Shown here piece by piece: positions 8,957-15,230 of a DNA stretch of 15,230 bases; the first letter of the stretch is position 1, and the number at the start of each line of letters is the position of its first letter. A program made the translations under genes and the position numbers. Source of the stretch: Oligoflexales bacterium (GTDB lineage: Bacteria > Bdellovibrionota_B > Oligoflexia > Oligoflexales > RGVZ01); assembly GCA_044236265.1 (NCBI GenBank), contig JBIIGV010000070.1, positions 1 to 15,230 on the forward strand, written 5' to 3'. Under the pieces are notes generated by a model. It was not told the origin of the DNA. It made no database searches and saw only the letters and a program-made list of their open reading frames with translations.

Positions 8957-11016
8957 GGGGAGAAGTCTGTAACGCGCTCGACCTTAAACGGCGTCTGATC
9001 GGGGTCAATCGTCTCGTCAAACTCGCGTGCAGCGAGATGGCCAGCATAGACAGCTTGAGCAATTGTGCTGGGTGCCTCTGCGTCGCCGATGATGCGCAGT
9101 GATTGCAACGCGCCGCTTTCTAGGTGCGGTTTTAACTTGTGATAAAGTTGATCATTTGGTTTACGGTCTGTGATGAGGACAACGGCGTCAGCCTTAAGCG
9201 ATGTCAGGGTGCCGGTTAGTCCACACTCAACTGACACATCATGGTGATAGATTGTATTCAAGGTGTGACGTGTCAGGCATTTGACATTAAGTGCAAGGAG
9301 CTTTTTCTCAATCTTTTCTTGTTCAAGGGTGAACTGGGACCAATATGAAATCATGGGCGAAGGAGTCACTAAAGAGACTTGGCAGCCCGCTAGAGCTAGC
9401 TTTTCTGCGATGACTCCACCCATATAGTAGTGATCGTCATCGTAAATGACGACGTTTCCTGACGGTACCTTGCCGTCCATGATGTCGTCAGGAGTGAAAA
9501 TATTTGCTTGTTCATGGCCGGGAATTGGACGATGAATGGTGCGTCCAATGCCATCGCGTCTATATTTTGCACCGGTTGCAATGATGACATCTTTAATACC
9601 GGTTTCAAGGACGTCTTTGACAGTCATCAAGCTTGAGGGAAAGTAAGTTAGGTTAGGGCGCTGCTGCGGAGCGGCCAGGCGCCACTCTGCGACCCGTCGC
9701 CATTCACTAAGTCCCGGGAGTTTTGACTCGAGGAGAACCCGACCGCCAAAGTCTCGGCGGCTATCAACCAACGTTACAGGATATCCTCTTTGCCCAAGAG
9801 CGCGTGCACACTCAAGCCCTGCAGGGCCGCCGCCGACGACAAGAATCTCTTTATCTGATGTTTTTGATGCAATTTTTTCTGGATGCCATCCACGGCGCCA
9901 CTCTTCGCTCATGGTTGGGTTTTGTGTGCAGCGAATGGGGACAATTTTCATATCCCCAGCAACACAGATATTACAGCCAATACATTCGCGGATGTCTTCC
10001 AGTCGATTTTCTTTGATTTTATTTGGAAGGAACGGATCTGCTATGGATGGCCGCGCTGCACCAATCAAGTCTAGAACGCCGCGATTCACGGCGGAGACCA
10101 TGGAGTCTGGCGAGGTGTAGCGGCCGACTCCAACGACTGGTTTTGTTGTCAGTTTTTTTACAAACGAGATATAGGGCTCTTGATAACCTTCTTTTTCAAA
10201 GCGGGAGGTCGCAGAGTCGTTAGTCCAGCCGCTGATGTTCACATCCCAAAGATCAGGAAGTTCTGCCAGCATGGAAACAATGTCATAGCCTTCGCCTTGA
10301 TGCGTGATGCCTTCGTCACCAAGAAGCTCATCGACTGCAAAGCGCACCGCGACGGCACACTTGTCACCGACAGCGTCTTTTGTTTCCTCGATGATTTCTC
10401 TGAAAAATCGAACACGGTTTTCAAGGCTTCCCCCGTATTCGTCGGTGCGATCATTATAGCGACGCATCATAAACTGCATTGGAAGAGTCAAGCCGTGCCC
10501 AGCATAACAATAGATGATGTTAAATCCGGCGTCTTTAGCTCGCTTTGCTGCCTGTCTGTGCCAACGACGCACGTTGCGAATATCGTCTTTGTCCATGCGT
10601 CTTGATTGAACAGGGTCAAATCCGCAGCCCCCAGACGTTCCCATAGACCTTGGACCAAGTGGGGGAACGCGGGAATATAAATTTGTGGAGTTCATACCGC
10701 TGTAAACCAATTCAATGGCTGCAAGTGATCCATGGCGTTGAACTGCTTCGGCCATGAGACGAAGTCCATGGATGTCATCATCATTCCAAAGACGACCCTC
10801 ATGAAACGGAGAGAGATCACTCGTGTGATGAATCTCAACTTCCTCTGTGCACACCACGCCCCAGCCACCTTCGGCCTTCATGGCGCGGAGTGCTGCGAGG
10901 GATTTAGGGAAGCGGTGCCCCAAACCATTACAGTGGGCAACTTGATAAAAGCGGTTCGGAGCGGTCACAGGACCAATGCGGACAGGCTCAAATAAAATAT
11001 CGTAGCGGCTTTTCAT
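8947..11016 (-). CDS. Trimethylamine/dimethylamine/histamine dehydrogenase-family iron-sulfur flavoprotein (OYE barrel + 4Fe-4S + ADP/FAD domain), 689 aa
   Basis: NRFYQVAHCNG (Cys at the 6-S-cysteinyl-FMN position), YCYAGHG, NDRTDEYGGSLENR, ARPSIADPFLP, RECIGCNIC...CTQN, VVGGGPAGLE, IIGDAEAP. Substrate cannot be assigned. Confidence 0.92.
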   Translation of the reverse strand: MKSRYDILFEPVRIGPVTAPNRFYQVAHCNGLGHRFPKSLAALRAMKAEGGWGVVCTEEVEIHHTSDLSPFHEGRLWNDDDIHGLRLMAEAVQRHGSLAAIELVYSGMNSTNLYSRVPPLGPRSMGTSGGCGFDPVQSRRMDKDDIRNVRRWHRQAAKRAKDAGFNIIYCYAGHGLTLPMQFMMRRYNDRTDEYGGSLENRVRFFREIIEETKDAVGDKCAVAVRFAVDELLGDEGITHQGEGYDIVSMLAELPDLWDVNISGWTNDSATSRFEKEGYQEPYISFVKKLTTKPVVGVGRYTSPDSMVSAVNRGVLDLIGAARPSIADPFLPNKIKENRLEDIRECIGCNICVAGDMKIVPIRCTQNPTMSEEWRRGWHPEKIASKTSDKEILVVGGGPAGLECARALGQRGYPVTLVDSRRDFGGRVLLESKLPGLSEWRRVAEWRLAAPQQRPNLTYFPSSLMTVKDVLETGIKDVIIATGAKYRRDGIGRTIHRPIPGHEQANIFTPDDIMDGKVPSGNVVIYDDDHYYMGGVIAEKLALAGCQVSLVTPSPMISYWSQFTLEQEKIEKKLLALNVKCLTRHTLNTIYHHDVSVECGLTGTLTSLKADAVVLITDRKPNDQLYHKLKPHLESGALQSLRIIGDAEAPSTIAQAVYAGHLAAREFDETIDPDQTPFKVERVTDFSPIN

Positions 11017-11792
11017 GATGCGGATGTGTGTTGTGACTTCCTGGCCAGTAATTCACCTTTGATCGCTCGTAGCGACCAGACTCGCACCATAGCCTCTAAG
11101 ACGATGGCTAGGCTCATCTTTGATTGGCCTGCGCGCCTTTCCGAAAACAAAATAGGTGATTCAACAATCGTTTTACCGGCAAGATGCGCGCGGTATTTAA
11201 GCTCAATTTGGAAAGAGTAGCCTTCGCTGCGCACAAGATCTGGGTTAATGGCTGTGATTGTGTCGCGACGCCAAGCATTAAAGCCGCCGGTCAAATCGCG
11301 GATCTCAAGTCCAAGGATGGCGCGACTATAAAAACTGCCAAAAACGCTGATACACTTTCTGACAAAGCTCCAGTTTTCAGTCCCGCCGCCTTCGCAGTAG
11401 CGACTACCAACGACTGCATCGTACTGAGCGAGCTTTTGAATGAAGGTTGCGAGTTCTTTTGGGTCATGGGAGTGGTCTGCATCCATCTCAATAATGGCAT
11501 CGTAGCCCTTACCCAGAGCCCAGCGAAAGCCGTCAAGATAGGCAGTGCCCAGCCCGAGCTTGCCCGCGCGTTTTAAAATGTGAATCTGGCCTGAGTGCTT
11601 TTGCATCAACTGGTCAATGCGGTCACGAGTGCCATCTTTGCTATTGTCGTCAACAAACAGAAGATCAATGTGTGGAACGGCAGCAAAAACTCTTTGTACC
11701 AATGGCTCGACATTATCCGCCTCATTGTACGTTGGTACAATGACCAGAGGCTTTTGGATGGTTGTCGGCTGTGCAGATTTGGTCGAATTCAT
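11013..11792 (-). CDS. Polyprenol monophosphomannose synthase-like GT2 glycosyltransferase (DPM1/Ppm1 type), ~259 aa
   Basis: VPTYNEADN, VDDNSKDGT, GKLGLGTAY, EMDADHSHDP, GSRY, DLTGGF, GYSFQIE, ERRAGQSKMS. Start placed at ATG 11792 after GAAGG; stop overlaps the next ATG (ATGA). Confidence 0.92.
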   Translation of the reverse strand: MNSTKSAQPTTIQKPLVIVPTYNEADNVEPLVQRVFAAVPHIDLLFVDDNSKDGTRDRIDQLMQKHSGQIHILKRAGKLGLGTAYLDGFRWALGKGYDAIIEMDADHSHDPKELATFIQKLAQYDAVVGSRYCEGGGTENWSFVRKCISVFGSFYSRAILGLEIRDLTGGFNAWRRDTITAINPDLVRSEGYSFQIELKYRAHLAGKTIVESPILFSERRAGQSKMSLAIVLEAMVRVWSLRAIKGELLARKSQHTSAS

Positions 11793-11853
11793 GGGACCTT
11801 CTAGACGTTCAGTGAAGAGTCGTTGTATCATACTCTTGAGGACGTCGAAAGCC

Positions 11854-12087
11854 ATGAGCGATAAGCCAAAAATCACCAATATCAAGGATGTTCGCAGCAG
11901 GGCTACTGCTGATAAAAAGAACAATCGCTCGGGCGCATCGGCAGGTTACGAGCAAGCTCTTCGCAAGCAGAATTCAAAAAAAGGCGGATTTCCCGCTCTT
12001 TCTGGTTCAATTCGATGGTTTCACTACGTTCAGTTATTCGTCATGCTCTTTTTGGTCGCGTGGCTCATGCGAGCTTGCCAAATCTAG
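11854..12087 (+). CDS. Small C-terminally membrane-anchored hypothetical protein, 77 aa
   Basis: ATG 11854 with upstream GAGG; MSDKPKITNIKDVR..., basic body, single C-terminal TM (WFHYVQLFVMLFLVAWLMRAC). It is the non-overlapping tail of ORF 11617..12087. Confidence 0.7.
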   Translation: MSDKPKITNIKDVRSRATADKKNNRSGASAGYEQALRKQNSKKGGFPALSGSIRWFHYVQLFVMLFLVAWLMRACQI

Positions 12088-12372
12088 CTCCCCGTCTTGA
12101 CGGTAGGATGACCAATCCATAAGCAGGCGGTCTTTTTTCGCGTTATTACAGTCCTTGCATGAGATCACCACGTTGCCTTTGGTGGATTTTCCGCCGCGGC
12201 CAATAGGCACCACGTGATCCATCGTACACTCGTCTTTTCTTAGTGATTTTGAGCAGTAATGGCAGGTAGCCCGACATGCAATCTTGGATTGCCACCAGCG
12301 AGACTTGCGCAGCTCACGGGCTGCAGCCTTCTCGCGCTTGATGATCAGTTCATTCATTTCGTAGTGGTACAC
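12034..12372 (-). CDS. HNH endonuclease, 112 aa
   Basis: CHYC...TMDHVVPIGRGGKSTKGNVVISCKDCNNAK: two CxxC pairs plus the H-N-N core; N-terminal REKAAARELRKSRWW. Confidence 0.92.
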   Translation of the reverse strand: MYHYEMNELIIKREKAAARELRKSRWWQSKIACRATCHYCSKSLRKDECTMDHVVPIGRGGKSTKGNVVISCKDCNNAKKDRLLMDWSSYRQDGELDLASSHEPRDQKEHDE

Positions 12373-12403
12373 GTCGGGTCTCTCTTTCGAGACGGTTTTT
12401 AAT

Positions 12404-12461
12404 TAATTTCAATAGAAATATCAATAAAATATTGAAATTACGGAAACGTGGACGTTCCCGT
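12404..12461. promoter_or_regulatory. Two adjacent inverted repeats in a divergent intergenic region, candidate operators
   Basis: TAATTTCAATA (12404-12414)-N15-TATTGAAATTA (12430-12440), perfect; ACGGAAACGT-GG-ACGTTCCCGT (12440-12461), one mismatch. Confidence 0.4.
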
Positions 12462-12602
12462 CGGTTGAGTGGATTATGTCGTAGATTCAATAGGTTAGGC
12501 GAGGGTCAAATCTTGCCGGCTAACTCCTGATCCCCGTTAGCAGTAAAATAAAGGTGTAGGACATGCGTCCATAGGTTCAACCCGTATAAAAGGAGATTTG
12601 CG

Positions 12603-12740
12603 ATGGGTGACAGAAGTCCAAAAGACAAAATGAAGCAACAAAAGGCTAAAGAGGTAGAGAAAGCAAAGATGGCTCAGGCGATGCAAAAGGCCAAAGAAGA
12701 GAAGGCTGGCAATAATCCCAAGGCCATGAAGGCCGGCTAA
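12603..12740 (+). CDS. 45-aa Lys-rich small protein (below the ORF-track cutoff)
   Basis: AAGGAG at 12590-12595; MGDRSPKDKMKQQKAKEVEKAKMAQAMQKAKEEKAGNNPKAMKAG*; followed by a strong terminator. Confidence 0.8.
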   Translation: MGDRSPKDKMKQQKAKEVEKAKMAQAMQKAKEEKAGNNPKAMKAG

Positions 12741-12766
12741 GCTTTAGATTGAGTTTACTCAAAATC

Positions 12767-12798
12767 GGATCGGTGCTATCGCCGATCCATTTTTTTTT
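12767..12798 (+). terminator. Rho-independent terminator
   Basis: GGATCGGTG-CTAT-CGCCGATCC followed by A and T9. Confidence 0.9.
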
Positions 12799-12975
12799 CA
12801 TTGATTAGATGCATCGGTATTCAATCGGAGCAGAGTGAAACCCGCTTTTACCTCGGTAGCGTGTAAAAATGCCTCAAGTGTGACGATCATAATTTCTTTC
12901 CTTTTATTGGGCAAAAGGGTAATTCGACGTCTTCAAAGAATCTGTGAGCGCAACTTTTTACAAAGGATCTGCCCA

Positions 12976-13665
12976 ATGAAAAATACAATCCAAAATGCTT
13001 TTGCAGCGATGTGTTTCCTGTCGATCGTAATGGCTGCGCCAATTTTGGCGGAGACAGAAAATAAACCTACAGACCAGGATTTCTACATCAGTATTGATAA
13101 CGGCTTTGGGATCGCGCCACGAAACTTTTTGGGCTTCGGGTTAGGGTGGGTTTTACAGCCAAACCTCGAAGTTGAAGCTGGCGTGGCCACCGGTAGCCGC
13201 AGCAATGTTTTGGGTCCAGCGTATAACTTGGGTGTTCGCTTCGGGGAGCGCTTTTATGCTGTAACTAGCGTGACGATTTATCACGGCCAGGGGCGAGTTC
13301 CGATCTCATTCTCAAAACGCTACTATCAAGTGGATACCTATTCAGACAGAACAATCGATTACTGTAACTCGCACGAGTGCGATAGTAACAAGATTTCTGG
13401 TGAGCGTTCTGCGAAGTGGGATATCCTTTATGGCTCATTCGGACTTGGCACAACCTGGGGTGGGGGCCGTCTAAAGTGGTTCTCAGACCTCGGTTACAGC
13501 GGCGTCCTGAGCTACTACCTTGATGTCGAGAAAATGGCGAATGACGGTAACTACGGTGACGTCACTGGAATTGTTGTTGATCGGGGCTATTGGTTGCAGG
13601 ATTCAATCGTTAGTCGTTCTGATTCGGGGCCGTTTATAAGATTTGGTGCCAAACTGATGATGTAG
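12976..13665 (+). CDS. Secreted protein, putative outer-membrane beta-barrel, ~229 aa
   Basis: AAAGGA RBS before ATG 12976; signal peptide ...MAAPILA|E; Gly/aromatic alternating strands (FLGFGLGWV, LEVEAGV, YNLGVRF, YGSFGLGTTW, WFSDLGY, FIRFGAK). Confidence 0.75.
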   Translation: MKNTIQNAFAAMCFLSIVMAAPILAETENKPTDQDFYISIDNGFGIAPRNFLGFGLGWVLQPNLEVEAGVATGSRSNVLGPAYNLGVRFGERFYAVTSVTIYHGQGRVPISFSKRYYQVDTYSDRTIDYCNSHECDSNKISGERSAKWDILYGSFGLGTTWGGGRLKWFSDLGYSGVLSYYLDVEKMANDGNYGDVTGIVVDRGYWLQDSIVSRSDSGPFIRFGAKLMM

Positions 13666-13685
13666 TGAAGGTTGTTTTTGTGACT

Positions 13686-14750
13686 ATGGAATTGATCTCC
13701 AAAAACCAGTTCTTGGGCATTAGTCTAAGTTCAACGTTGTTGACAGCAATCGCAGCCGGGATATTGCATGCAAGCGGTACGCCTTGGCATGTGGCAAGTC
13801 TTGGGTTGGTACTAGCTTTCGCAATCGTTGTTGCAGGCTTTCTATTGACTGGCGTGATTAGTTCAAGTGCTGAAAGAGCAGCACTGAAACCGAAAAATCA
13901 GCACCATGCCCCGTGGCGAATTGCGGCGGGCACTTGGGTGTGGGCGTTTACGGCTTATCTTGTCTACGCTTTGGGTGTGAGCGCGGCGGATGTGGGTGAG
14001 GCTGTCATAACAGCGAGTGGATCATTGATCTATCTCGGTATGATTTCTATACCTTTCGTTTTTGCAGTGTTGGCATCCCTGATGCCGGTAGGTCGTAGAC
14101 CCTGGTGGCTACTGGCGATTATTTTGATTATTTGGGCTCCGTTCGACTCTGGTCTATTAGCGCCTGTGTGGCCCTGGCCTGAGGGCGGTGCAGCATACAT
14201 GTTGAACGTCTGGATTTCATGTGTACTGGCCATGGCAGCCATGAAGGTTGCAGGTGCTGAGTCGTGTATTGGTGTGGTGAACTTTCGGATCATGCCGAAA
14301 AAAGCTGATCTTGACGCAACGCTTCGCGATCAGTTGTGGTTTACACCGCTTGCCATCGGTTTTGGATTTCTCACCGGATTTTTTGCATGGAATCCAAAGA
14401 TTGCACCCTTTTGGCAGTATCCCGTGGAAGCTTTGGGACTTTATTTAACGGTCGCCTTGCCAGAAGAGTTACTATTTCGCGGATTAATGCAGCCCACACT
14501 TGAAGCCATGCCTTGGCCAAAGACTTGGAATAAAAAATTGACGGCTACGTGGATGACGGCTCTTATCTTTGGACTAAGCCATCTCAACAATGAGCCTCTC
14601 TGGGATTGGCGGTATGTTGCCCTGGCAACAGTGGCCGGTCTTGCCTATGCAAACGTTTACGAGCGCACCGGACGCAAAAGCTTGGCTGCGCCAGCTTTGT
14701 TGCACACTGGCGTTGATTGGCTCTGGTCTAACTTTTTACGATCCTTTTAA
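13686..14750 (+). CDS. CPBP (Abi/CAAX protease type II) intramembrane glutamic endopeptidase
   Basis: PEELLFRG, FGLSH and LLHTGVD motifs in a polytopic membrane protein. Start is ATG 13686 or GTG 13665. Confidence 0.92.
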   Translation: MELISKNQFLGISLSSTLLTAIAAGILHASGTPWHVASLGLVLAFAIVVAGFLLTGVISSSAERAALKPKNQHHAPWRIAAGTWVWAFTAYLVYALGVSAADVGEAVITASGSLIYLGMISIPFVFAVLASLMPVGRRPWWLLAIILIIWAPFDSGLLAPVWPWPEGGAAYMLNVWISCVLAMAAMKVAGAESCIGVVNFRIMPKKADLDATLRDQLWFTPLAIGFGFLTGFFAWNPKIAPFWQYPVEALGLYLTVALPEELLFRGLMQPTLEAMPWPKTWNKKLTATWMTALIFGLSHLNNEPLWDWRYVALATVAGLAYANVYERTGRKSLAAPALLHTGVDWLWSNFLRSF

Positions 14751-14752
14751 AA

Positions 14753-14819
14753 TGGGGACATACGACCAAACCCAAATTGATTGAACGTGAATCAATTTGG
14801 GTTTGGTCGTGTGTACCCA
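14753..14819. repeat. REP-like long palindrome C
   Basis: 30-bp arms 14753-14782 and 14790-14819 (28/30 complementary), 7-nt loop; between convergent genes. Confidence 0.9.
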
Positions 14820-14836
14820 AAACTCATAGACGGCAA

Positions 14837-15002
14837 TCAAGTGAACAAGTAAATCATAGAGCCGCCCACAATGAACAAAGTGGCACCAATTATGATCACA
14901 ATTGGTGTAAAGAATACGATCTGAGCGAGCACGCCAGCTCCGCGTGAAAGTCGTGGCTGCCCGATTCCTTGAGAAAATAAGGCTATTGAAATTAAGAGTG
15001 CC
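14837..15002 (-). pseudogene. 3' part of a membrane-protein gene cut by the IS3 element
   Basis: Hydrophobic ALLISIALF...IVFFTPIVIIIGATLFIVGGSMIYLFT*; the tracked GTG start (15028) lies inside the IS terminal repeat. Confidence 0.55.
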
Positions 15003-15230
15003 TGGAGTTCCGCTGATAAAGTAGACACTCAGGACGCCCTTGTTTTTGCTTCATACAATGCAGGTGACAAATATCCAAGCGTTGAATGAAGTCTCTCACG
15101 ATTATAGACCCTTTCAATCCACTCAAAGACCATCCCACGCGCTTCGCTGCGCGTGGCAAATCCATTTCTTGGCACTAATTCCGTCTTGAGTGTTTTGAAG
15201 AAACTTTCCGCAACGGCGTTGTCCCAGCAG
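15003..15230 (-). mobile_element. Right end of an IS3-family insertion sequence (continues beyond the window)
   Basis: Terminal repeat TGGAGTTCCGCTGATAAAGTAGACAC (15003-15028, + strand), TG/CA terminus typical of IS3, directly after the transposase stop. Confidence 0.9.
15029..15229 (-). CDS. IS3-family transposase OrfB, C-terminal 66 aa (partial; not in ORF track)
   Basis: [18 protein letters not shown]...[27 protein letters not shown]...*. Confidence 0.95.
   Translation of the reverse strand, partial: CWDNAVAESFFKTLKTELVPRNGFATRSEARGMVFEWIERVYNRERLHSTLGYLSPALYEAKTRAS

Noticed and set aside
9396..11804. Alternate-frame and antisense ORFs within the dehydrogenase and GT2 genes
   Set aside because: Shadow ORFs with no independent RBS or family signal.
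12519..12541. GCTAAC...GTTAGC as an attC site
   Set aside because: Only 11 nt lie between the boxes; too short and no L boxes.

Overview
Bacterial window; the gene content and style suggest Bdellovibrionota/Oligoflexia or a deltaproteobacterium, but that is only an inference. The left ~6.5 kb is a decaying accessory island. Two direct copies of an integrase-core (IS3/IS481-like DDE) insertion sequence with unusual CG...CG termini bracket ~4 kb. Copy 1 (49-1222) has two nonsense codons; in copy 2 (5213-5626) 850 bp are replaced by a 91-bp palindrome-containing insert. The bracketed DNA holds small secreted/membrane hypotheticals, a 5'-truncated PIN toxin, a frameshifted ankyrin gene, a second transposase remnant and a folded non-coding segment. 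Next come a lipoprotein gene with a sigma54-type promoter and a start-less cytochrome c remnant. The right part is mostly intact: katG, a TMADH/histamine-dehydrogenase-type flavoenzyme coupled to a polyprenol-phosphate mannose synthase-like GT2, an HNH nuclease, two small proteins not called as such by the ORF track, a putative beta-barrel OMP, a CPBP protease and the right end of an IS3 element that truncates a membrane-protein gene. The strongest cross-window signal is a set of three 60-70-bp near-perfect palindromes with unrelated interiors but a shared terminal motif; two carry terminal micro-duplications, one sits at a deletion breakpoint and one supplies a gene's stop codon.
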